Shown here in pieces: positions 36,801 to 48,782 of a DNA stretch of 64,000 bases (position 1 is the first letter of the stretch; every line of letters starts with the position of its first letter). The stretch comes from Heteronotia binoei (lineage: Eukaryota). A program made the translations under genes and the position numbers. The DNA is taken from the NCBI RefSeq assembly GCF_032191835.1, contig NC_083228.1:82708001-82772000 (forward strand), read 5' to 3'. The notes under the pieces were generated by a model. It saw nothing but the letters and a program-made list of their open reading frames with translations. It was not told where the DNA came from and ran no database searches.

Positions 36801-39800
36801 AAGCATTTTCACCCTGTTAGGAGAGACTGCGAAAGTTGAATTCAAATAGAGATGAGGAGATAGACAAACTCTGCAGAAGAGTGGAAATAGAAACGAGCAC
36901 CAGGATTCTCTGTTTCCCTGTCACCACCACCATGAATGCAGAGGTATTTGCATTTGGCCACAGAGTGCTTACATAGGACCATCATGTGTACTCTCCTCTG
37001 TCAGCTACAGTTTCTTTGACTCTCCCCCCCAACATGTCACCAATGGGTTTATTTTACTGAAAATAATTACGGTTGTGCTATTACATTTGTTGCCACAATC
37101 TATTCACTCCACTGAATTCCCGTTTTTCATTTTTAAAAGTCTCTAGTCCTTTTCATTGTTGAGAAACACCTTTCCTCTTGTAGGCCACAATGAAAAGTGC
37201 TCGTGGCTTACTTTTTAAAAATTGAAAACTGGGAATTCTGAGGAGCTGGTAGAGTATGGTGATACATAGGTAGCAATTACCACCCTCTGATGATATGGAG
37301 GAACATGATGGGCACAGGAAGCAAGAAATATGGTGTCAGTGTGGGTAGGACCTTCTAAAATGTACATCTTCCCACCCAACCAAAACAAAAGGAGGAAGCC
37401 ATGAAAACAAACCTGAACCAGAAGCTACAAAGCTCATGGCCGCAATTACTAAACATTCAAAGTATGACACTAGTGTATTGTTATTATTCCATCAAATGTG
37501 CAATTAAATAGACAATTATACAGAAGGTAACAACTCACATATCAAAAATATCACGACTTGACTTCAAGGAATTTATTCCCTCTGCTGCTGGGGTTTCAAT
37601 AGCCTCTTAAAGGAGAAGAGTTCCAATGACAAGATGATTCATAAAGTCCACAGTCCAAAATATAAACCTTCATATACAGACTCCCATCTCTTTCGAAATT
37701 TCTTGTGGACCATGAACTAAGTCTGCTGATGTCCCCAAAGTGACAACAGGTCGCTAGCTGAGATCAGCCATTTCATGTGTTGCTTCTTCAGGTAACAGGA
37801 CAGAAAGATGTGAGTCAATCACCATCTGTCAGATGTACAAAAACATTCTGAAAACATTTGCTCTACAATTTGTATGCCTTAAACAAATCTCAAGATATCA
37901 CTATCATATGTCATCATTTAGATATAAAATCAACTTACCCATTCATAAGAACATCTTAATCACAATGAGCCACAAACAAAGCTGGCTTTTCAAGACATTC
38001 AGAAAGACTGTCAGAAAACCTCACATTCTAAATACTCTTGATTATATACAGCTGTGGCATGCATAAAACCCCTAGTCATATACTAGGACACTGAAATTCA
38101 TAATGTATGGTCCAAATGCAAATACAAACTTCTGGACATCTTTAAATTGCAATGAAGTTACAGACGCACATCATATTATTCAAACTGACAGTACAGAATA
38201 AATAAAAGCAGTATTCCCATCCAGTCAGCTTGCTAAGTCACTTGGGCTTCACTGTTTTGGAAAAATTGTACCAAAGCAAGTTACAGCAAGAACATAGTGA
38301 GAAAGAGAGACGTATGGAGAATGGATGATGAGGAGAAAAATCTGTGTGTGGATATAGCCATATAGTGAAAGGTTGGGATGGGAAGAACAGCAAATCATTG
38401 CATTGGCCCAAGCTTCTGTTTACTTTACTGGGGCAAATGCAAGTCATGGAAAGCTACTGGGATAATTTCTTGAACATGCTCTTCTTCAGGTCTCTTGCTG
38501 ATGAAATGCTATTTCTTTGAATGATCATTTTGGTCTATGGTAGCTAGCGCAATGTAGCCATAACATAGGAGTAGCCTTTGCTTATGTGCCAGCAAGACTT
38601 ACACTCGAATAATTCACATCCAGAATAATTTCAATATCACATGGCTTACACCCAAAATAATTAGATCTGGGTTGGTGTGGGGGCATCAGTAATTAAAGAC
38701 ATGTTAAAGTCTTTCTCTTAATATTCCAGACTGTGTTCGAAGAACAAGGAATCCATTTCAACTGTCAGCTGAAAGGCTCTAGGCGACTCTGCAACACCAG
38801 TAATTTTTCTATACTGGGTTCAGGATTACAAGGTAACCCACTATGGCTCTAAACTTGTACCATCCCTAGAATCACAGAATCATATTTGGAAGGGTCATCT
38901 AGTCCAACCGCCTGCACAATGCAGGAAGTTCACAGATACCTTTCTGTATGGCTACTGTCAGACACATGAGGAGTAAAACAGTTTGAATTTAAATGTATTA
39001 ATTTGTTCCGATTTTATTGTTTTATTATTTGTTGTAAGCCGCCCTGAGCCACTTGTGGGAAGGGCGGGATATAAGTTACGGAATAAATAAATAAATATCC
39101 AACACAAAATGGATGCTAGTTTTGCTTGTACATTTCAGAGAGCTCTGAGAGAGAGCAGAGTAAGTGCTATAAGGGTGAGGTTTGGCTTTCTAAGCAGCTG
39201 GGGAAGTTGCTGAGAATTTCTGAGTTTGTGTGACTGCTGATAATTCTGAGTTTGTGTTTGCTGGGGAACTGCTGTCTGTTTGGTTTGAGTGGGCTGAAGG
39301 TGATTGTTGCTGATTGATTAGGAGTGGCTGTGTTCCCCACCCTCTTTGCATTATTAAGCTGAGGGGGCTGTGTAAGGACCAGGAATCCAGATTCCTATTT
39401 TTCCTTGTGTTCCCAATAAGGTAAGTTGACCCTCCAGAAGGGAAGTTACAAAAACAACAGGATTTAAAAGGGGACTGTATATTTTTTTAAAAAGCTATCA
39501 TGAAGGTAGAATGCCAGCAGTGAGGTGGGGGCTTTCCAGTGTTTTGTCACATGTATGACTATCTGTCCACAGGACAGAAGTCTTGGGTGTGTTCTCGATG
39601 CAAGGAGCTCCTGGTCCTCAGGGAACGAGTTCATACCCTTGAGGCCGAGGTGACTGACCTGGAGAAGCAGAGACAGTCAGGCACTCGGGGAAGACTCTCG
39701 GGGGCATATTAGATGAGCCCCACTCTGAACATGGCAGCCCTGTTGCTTCCAGGGAGCATAAGGCGAGAGGGAACAGGGCACCGTGCTGAGGATAAGGGGA

Positions 39801-42800
39801 ATGTGCCCTCAGAAGGGACCTCTTCTTCAGTTGGTGAGCGGGTATCCTTACGCACCAAGGAACTATCCCTGGGCAGGGAGAGGGGGGGGGGTCTTGGTAG
39901 TTGGTGACTCGATCCTTAGGCAAGTAGACAGCTGGGTGACAAAACCGCGTACTGACCGTATGGTGACTTGCCTGCCTGGTGTGAAGGTGGCGGACATTAC
40001 ACGTGTAGTAGATAGGCTGATAGACAGTGCTGGGGAGGAGCCAGTGGTCGTGGTGCATGTTGGCACCAACGATGTGGGGAAATGCAGTTGTGAGGTCCTG
40101 GAGGAAAAAGTTAGGCTGCTAGGCAGAAGACTTAAGGCCAGGACCTCCAAGGTAGCCTTCTCAGAAGTGCTACCTGTTCCACGTGCAGGGCAGGAGAGAC
40201 AGGCACAAATTAGAAGTCTCAATGTGTGGATGAGACGATGGTGAAGGGAGGAAGGGTTTAAGTTTGGGATGCTTTCTGGAACAAGCGGGAGCTGTACAAA
40301 AGAGACGCTCTCCACTTGTCCCAGAAGGAACCAGGCTGCTGGCGCTTAAAATCAAAAAGGTGGCAGAGCAGTTTTTAAACTAAATCTTGGGGGAAAGCCG
40401 ACAGGAGATGAAATGTCTCTGTTTTGGGAGGACTCATCTCAAAGAGATGAAGGGTTAGCTGTAACTTTTCTACTCAGAGTTGTCCACTGAGATGGTGACA
40501 AACAGTATGGACTGTCTGCCAAAGTCTCAAGGCAGCAGGAGGAAGGTTACGGGCCTAGCTTGCCTGGGAAAATATAGATGTTTGTATACAAATGCTGGAA
40601 GTGTTTGAAGTAAAATTGGTGAGTTGGAATGTTTAGTGTTGGGAGAAAACATAGACATTGTGGAAATTTCAGAAACTTGGTGGAATTAGGAGAAACAGTG
40701 GGACACAGTGATTTCTGGATATGTTATATCGGAAGGATAGGGAGGGAAGGGTTGGAGGTGGGGTGGCTCTGTATGTCAGAGAGGGTATACAGTCCAGTAA
40801 GACTGAGGTCAGAGAATTAGATTCCCTTCTAGAAATGCTTTGGGTTGAAATAGAGGGCCCAAAAGGAAATTTAACTATGGGAGTTTGTTATCGCCCACCA
40901 AATCAAAAGATAGAGGACGATTATAATATGATGGAAAGATTAAAGATAGCGACTAAATGTAAAAACTGTGTCGTAATAGGTGATTTTAGCTACCCACAGA
41001 CTGATTGGGTCAATATGTGTTCTGGTTGAGAGAAAGAGATTGAGTTTCTAGATGCTCTCAGTGACTGTGCTATGGAGCAGATGGTCTCATAACCTACCAG
41101 GGGTGGGGCGATCCTGGATTTGGTCCTAAGTAATGCCAAGACTTGGTGAGAGATGTAAAAGTGATCGCACCGCTTGGGAGCAGTGACCATAACATTATTG
41201 ATTTCACCATTTGTATAAATAGAGTGTTGCCCCAAAAGACCAGCACAACCACGTTTAACTTTAAAAGGGGTAAATTCTTTGAGATGAGGAGGCATGTGAA
41301 AAGGTAAATACAGTCAAAACCCTTGGGGAAGCTTGGAGGCTATTTAAAACTACAATCCTAGAACCTCAGATAAAATATATACCACAAGTTAGGAAAGGCA
41401 CAAACAGGTATAAGAAAAGGCCTGCATGGTTAACAAACAAAGTAATGGAAGCTGTAAAAGGTAAGAAGGACTAATTTAAGCGGTGGAAAGCTAGTCCAAG
41501 TGAGATTAATAAAAGGGAACACAGGCTGTGGCTAATCAAATGCAAGACTGTGATCAGGCAGGCAAAAATGGACTATGAGGAGCATACTGCAAAAAACATA
41601 AAGACCAACAATAAAAATTTCTTCAAATATATTAGAAGCAGGAAACCAGCCAGGGAGGCAGTGGGACCCTTGGATGACCAAGGGGTCAAAGGATTACTGA
41701 AGGAGGATAGGGAAATGGCTGAGAAGCTGAATGCATTTTTTGCTTCCGTCTTCACTGTGGAAGAAGAGAAATGTTTGTCTGCTCCAGAACCACTTATTTT
41801 GGTAGGGGTGTTGAAAAACCTGAGTCAGATTGAGGTGACAAGAGAGGAGGTCCTACAACTGATAGACGAATTAAAATCTAATAAGTCACCAGGTCCGGAT
41901 GACATACATCCAAGAGTTCTGAAAGAACTCAAAGTTGAACTTGTGGATCGCCTGACAAAAATATGTAATCTTTCATTGAAATCTGCCTCCGTTCCTGAGG
42001 ACTGGAAGGTAGCAAATCTTTAAAATCTTTAAAAACGGTTCCAGAGGAGATCCGGGAAATTACAGGCCAGTCAGTCTGACTTCAATACCGGGAAAGTTGG
42101 TAGAAACCATTATCAAGGACAGAATGAGTAGGCACATTGATGAACACGAGTTATTGCGGAAGACTCAGCATGGGTTCTGTAAGGGAAGATCTTGCCTCAC
42201 TAACCTGTTACAGTTCTTTGAGGGGTGAACAAACATGTGGACAAAGGAGACCCAATAGATGTTGTTTACCTTGACTTCCAGAAAGCTTTTTATAAAGTTC
42301 CTCATCAAAGCTCCTTAGTAAGCTCGATAGTCATGGAGTAAAAGGACAGGTCCTCTTGTGGATCAAAAACTGGCTAATTAATAGGAAGCAGAGAGTGAGT
42401 ATAAATGGGCAGTCTTCGCAGTGGATGATGGTAAGCAGTGGGGTGCCGCAGGGCTCAGTACTGGGTCCCATGCTCTTTAACTTGTTCATAAATGATTTGG
42501 AGTTGGGAGTAAGCTGTGAAGTGGCCAAGTTTGCAGATGACACTAAATTGTTCAGTGTGGTGAGAACCAAAGAGGATTGTGAGGCACTCCAAAGGGATCT
42601 GTTGAGGCTGGGTGAGTGGGCGTCAACGTGGCAGATGAGGTTCAATGTGGCCAAGTGCAAAGTAATGCACATTGGGGCCAAGAATCCCAGCTACAAATAC
42701 AAGTTGATGGGGTGTGAACTGACAGAGACTGACCAAGAGAGAGATCTTGGGGTCGTGGTAGATAACTCACTGAAAATGTCAAGACAGTGTGCGATTGCAA

Positions 42801-45800
42801 TAAAAAAGGCCAACGCCATGCTGGAAATTATTAGGAAGGGAATTGAAAACAAATCAGCCAGTATCATAATGCCCCTGTATAAATCGATGGTGCGGTCTCA
42901 TTTGGAATACTGTGTGCAATTCTGGTCACCGCACCTCCAAAAGGATATAATAGCATTGGGGAAAAGTCCAGAAAAGGGCAACTAGAATGATTAAGGGTTT
43001 GGAACACTTTCCCTATGAAGAAAGATGGCTTGGGGGCTCTTTAGCTTGGAGAAATGTTGACTGCGGGGTGACATGATAGAGGTTTACAAGTTTATGCATG
43101 GTATGGAGAAAGTAGAGAAAGAAGTACTTTTCTCCCTTTCTCACAATACAAGAACTCGTGGGCATTCAATGAAATTGCTGTGCAGTCTGGTTAAAACGGA
43201 TAAAAGGAAGTACTTCTTCACTCAAAGGGTGATTAACATGTGGAATTCACTGCCACAGGAGGTGGTGGCTGCTACAGGCATAGCCAGCTTCAAGAGGGGG
43301 TTAGATAAGAATATGGAGCAGAGGCCCATCAGTGGCTATTAGTGACTGTGTGTGTGTGTATATATATATTGGCCACTGTGTGACAGAGTGTTGGACTGGA
43401 TGGGCCATTGGCCTGATCCAACATGGTTTCTCTTATGTTCTTACGTTCTGTTTGTTGTTGCTTGATTTTAAACTGTTTTATTTATTATGGATTTTATTAA
43501 TATGTCATTACTCGCAGAGACCTGCAGTAGGAGGGGAGGGGTGGAGGAGTAAAACATCCAAATAATAAATTATACATTTTTAAATTTTAATTTGAGGCAA
43601 ATAATTCCCCCAGGGGCTATTTCAGCTTGTGCAAATGATGGGGGTGGCAGAAGCTCCCCCCCACCACCACACCACAGACCTGAGCAGGATCAGGCACCAA
43701 GACTTTTAAAAAGAAGTTCCCTGCAGTTGCTCAGTGGTTGGGGGAAAGTAAGTGTGGTCGGGGGTCCCCAGCCCTAACTTGTTGAAATATATCATGTAGT
43801 TTGGCCATCTTATCTACCTGAAACAGGTTGCTTGCTCTGTTACCTAAAAGAATGTTCATCTCCTAGAAGAATACTGAGAAGCTTAAATGAATGTAATATT
43901 TTATAAATGCATAAAGTGTGAACTTCTTATGTGAAATGAGAATGTAACTCGAAAGCTTACATTTTGAGCTTGTGTTTTGAATTTCTTAGTATGAATTCTA
44001 ATTTTGAAAAAACCTCCATACTGATTCCAAGTAACCAGACTTTTGCCATTAAAGTCCAATTTGTCCTTACATTTAAATTTGGGCTTTTCAACTGTAAATG
44101 TATGATAACAATTGAACTTTTAATACAAGCATTTCTTACTTTCACACCAGTAAGAAGCCAGTCCTGCCAATGTGTGTATGGGATGTTGTGCTGGGCAGGT
44201 TGGTTTAGTTATGTATCTTGGCTGCTGGTTGTTGAACTGTAGGTTGTTAATGCACCAGAGTCCTTGCATCTCTTCTAAGATGAGTGAGAATCTCTGCCTT
44301 GACTTCACTGTAGGTCGACTGTTGCTGTCTCGGTGCAAGACTCTCCTTGCCAGTGTTGGTGCTGCATGCCACTCTGAGAAGGGTGACCGGTAAGGAATCA
44401 TGTTGATGAAACTAGGAATGTTGTGTTGGAGGAAAGAAGTCCAAGACTGAAGGGAAAAGGATATAGCAGCTGTGAAAGCAATTAGTTTAGGATTTCAGCC
44501 TCAGATTCATAAATTGACTAAAAGCTGTTAAGAGTATCCTGAAAACAGCATCAGTATAATACTGTTGTATTAAGACTTACCATATTACCACAAAGCTATG
44601 GATGCTTGCACTCTGCTGGCCCACTTGGACTCAGTTGCTGAGTAGCATGAGGCAGAAACATTGTGACAGTAATACTCACCCCTTAGATCTCTCCTACCCA
44701 GTGTTCCCTCTAAGCAGCAGTGTCTCGTGAGCAAAAATTCTACTTTGTGAGCTGCTGGCATTAAAGTTGTGAGCTACTGCATAAATTAGTGTGCTCTGGG
44801 ATCATCCTTCCTGAGCTAAGACAAAAATGTGTGAGCTGGAAGCTAAAAATCTGTGAGCTATCTCACGCTAACTCTTCTTAGAGGGAACACTGTTCCTACC
44901 ACCATAACATTTGCATAGTTCTGTCTGGAAAAAAAAATCTCTCTCATTACAAGACTAGGATGTACTGTAAGCCAGAGTCTGGTCATATCGATTTTTACAT
45001 TCCCTTACACAATCTCCAAGACAGGAATGAGCAACACGTGAAGGAATATTAGGATAGGGAATTGCTGCCATTGTATTTATGTCCCACATTATCACCAGCT
45101 TTCAGGGAGCAGAACTCGTATAAGTTAAGTAGGGATGTGCATTTGGATACACCTGAGCCAAAAATATACATGAAAAGTACTCTATTGGTATTTTTGGGTA
45201 CATCCCAAAGATATCCAGCATTTTTCAGAAAACTGAAAAAAATTCTGAAAATTATTCAGATATATTCAAGAGCTTCTGGCTGGATCATGAGCCAGCATTG
45301 GTTTTTGCTTTTCTTTTTTTTTGTTGATGTGCCTTGAGTTTCTATGGGTTTCCCTCTGCTCTTGTCAGTTTCAAACTAATCAGTGTCAATAGGCCCCGCC
45401 TTTGTCAGGGTTCTTTTGTGTTCCCATTTTATTACACAGAGCTTGCAAAAATCCCACCCCCTCTCCGGGCTTGGATTTGTTGTGACTTTGGGATCAGTCT
45501 TTTCAAGCTTGCAATGCCAGTGACACTGGGTTCTGCTGGGCATTCTGTGAATTGTAACTGGTTGTGCTGGTCTTGCAAAATCCCCCCTCCTTGCTTGGAT
45601 TTCTTGTGACTCTGTGCTTTGAGGTCAGTCCTTTTACGCTTGCAGTGCCACAGTGACACTGCATTCCGCTGGGCATGCTGTACACTGACATAGTTCTGTT
45701 GGTCTTGCAATCTCTCCTTGCTTGGATTTTGATTCTGTGCTTCACATCAGTCCTGTGGATCTGGCTTTGCCACAATGGCACTGGATTCTGCTGGGCACTC

Positions 45801-48751
45801 TGTATATTGCAGTGGTTCTGCCCCCCACCTTCAGTTTCTACTGCAGAGATTCTCTGGGACTTTAATTCTAGTGCTGGTCTTCTGCTGCCATTGGTTTTTT
45901 GCTCATTTCCCACTGTTTGCAATGGAGGCACCTTTTTTGTGGGCTCATAGAATCAGACTCCCTGGTCCAATCTTTTTCAAACTTGGGGATTCTTCTGAGG
46001 AGAAACACCAGCAGCTATGCTGCAAATTTGGTCCCTCTACCTCAGAAAACAGCCCCTCGGGCTCCTGTAGAGAACTGGTTTACACAAACTTCTTACTCCT
46101 CCTGAGCTGCTTTTAGCTCAGTCTTCTGGGACTTGAAGCAAGATACTTTCAGACTGGCCAGTGAATTAGGTGATCAGCTAAATACCTAGGATTAGAATGT
46201 CATAAAGTGCTTTCACTTTGAAAAAAGGCTGCAGTGTAGTGTGACAGATCAAGTGTCCCAGCAGTGACTTGCTCCCCTGCTGTTATGTGCTGCTTATCAC
46301 AAACAGTGGGACAAGAAGTGAGAAATATGAATGTCCACTCCCTGGCTTTGTGCATCTGGCCTTGGCAGATTTTCCCTGAATGGCTAGATTCCAATATTAT
46401 GTAGAACTGTGAAAGTTTCAATAAATATTTAACTTGAAATACAACTATCATAGAATAATTTTTTTTAAAAAAAATCTCATTGAACACATAGATGCTGCAA
46501 GTTTGTTACCTGGGGAACTCTAGAGCCACATCTATAATCATAACCTAACAGGAACTTAGCACTCCTGCTCAAAGGTCTGCCCCAGAAAAAGTATGTATCT
46601 TTTGTGAGTACACAGGGGTCAGCCCCCAGAATGGTAAACATTAAGTCAGAATTGATACTGTATTTTTTCCCAGTATATCTGAAAGAAAAATGTAACCAGT
46701 TGTTTAAAATGGAATACCCTGAGATACGCTGCTCCAAGCAGAGCTGGCTGCAGTGTCAGTAAAGAGGCAGGTTTCTTCAGGGCTGTGGCAATTCATGTTT
46801 GTGGGCATTTCTTCAGCAGAAGGGTCTCACGGGTAATATTTACAGAGGGCCATTAAGATGCTTAGTGGAGCCTCAGGTGTGAGGCTGCTTCAGCAACACA
46901 GGGAGCTTATTGTCAGCAGTGGATAGATTGTTCTAGGGAAAAAAACCCATTGATCTGGACCCAGAATAAGGGAGTAAAAGGAAAATGAGAACAATTTCTC
47001 CCATTTCACAAGTGAAATACATATAATGAAGATGTCATAAGAAAAGTAGAGGAGAGTGTCTCAGTAGCTCATGGCAGTGACATCTTCCTCTTCCTTCCTT
47101 GTTCCTAAGCGGCTTGACTTGGCAGCAAAATCGAAAGTAACTCTGGTTAGAGCAGCCCTGCATTCTTATCTAGTGAACTGCCCCTAGTAACTCTACTTAA
47201 AGAGTCAATGTTAGGACTCAAGGTCTGTGACCTAGATGGTGGCCAACACTGCATGCTTTTCAGATTATGTGAAAGGTAAGGAATTTGAGGAGGGATCAGC
47301 CACATGGTGGCCAGGAGATCCTGAGCTAAGCCAGACAAAGCAGCCTTGGCACAGATGCACCAGGCCAGAGGCCCCCTCTGTCAGCTCAGTCATGGCACTT
47401 AAGAGTGAGCTAGGTGGATGGACAGTGTACAGGTAGAAGCCCTAAACAGTCCCTGGAACCCAACACAAGGTACACACAAACAATGTTAAATTCTTTGTAC
47501 CAAGAACTTGCAGAAAGGGAAGGTGTCACAGAAGATTATGACAACCCTGCCTACTTCCTTGCCCACAGTTTGGGGGTGATGACTGTGTTCCCAGTTTTGG
47601 TTAACTGAGATAAGAACACACAGCTAATCCAGACTGGTCTCAGTCATGCAAACCAAACCAATCTTTTCCACCACCAGCATATGATTTAAGAAGGAAATTG
47701 TATTTCTTGTAAATCTGGCATTGCACAAGGTTGGAGTGGTTCATTGAGAACCTTCACCATCCTCATGGGGTACAGACTGGAGGTACAGCAAACTCCCGAA
47801 CATCTCATTGTTGGTCTCTCACAAAAAAACGCTCCTCACACTGGCAGACCTTCCTAACATGTTTAGTACTCCAATGCAATTAGGGCCCATAAGAGTAGCC
47901 AAAAATAGATGCCCACAACAATACAAACTTCATTGCCATCACATATCAGCCACTTCATTACAGGATGAAATGGGGGGATGGGCACCACCTTGCCTGGGGG
48001 TGGGCTAGGAAAGCTGGTATGCATTTCCTATGGTCTGGCGTCAGTGAGGAGAGTGCGTTTTGTCTTTTGACCTCGCTGAGGTGCAGGGACAGCTTTGACA
48101 TCCTAATGTATCATGCAACCCACGATCTAGCATGTCCCCTGACCCAGTAAGGAACACACGAGAAGTCCTGTGAGGAAGAAAAGCAAACAAAAAGGTTTAT
48201 TAATAAACTGGAAGAACTGGCTCCAAGGAATGAAAGCCCTCCGAAAACCCAAGAATTCTTCAAAGAATACAGGAATAACATGGGGTCTTATACCCTTTGT
48301 GACCTAAACAAATTATACAAAACATACATTATTGGATAAACAGGTAACAAGATCATTTGACCTGGTAGAAGTCCATTGGACAATCCCAAATTAAATCACA
48401 CCACAACCCACAGACCTTGAGGCCTAACATTGACTCTTTATTAGGGGCAGTTTATAGATAAGAATGCAGGGATGCTCTAACCAGAGTTACTTTCGATTTT
48501 GCTGCCAAGTCAAGCCGCTTAGGAACAAAGACACATAGTGAGAATAAATGCATTTGTATATTCTAATATTATTCTAAATACTATAAAGATAGTATAAAGG
48601 GGTATCAAAACTAATACATTCCACACTAACCTAGAGCATCTAAAATCCTTGGACCAGCCCTATTGTTTTAAATTACTGGTTTTATTGATTCTATGTGTAC
48701 CTTTTGTTGTACATTGCCTAGAGCCCAGCATTGGCTGGGATGAGGTGATTC

Positions 48752-48782
<31 letters not shown>

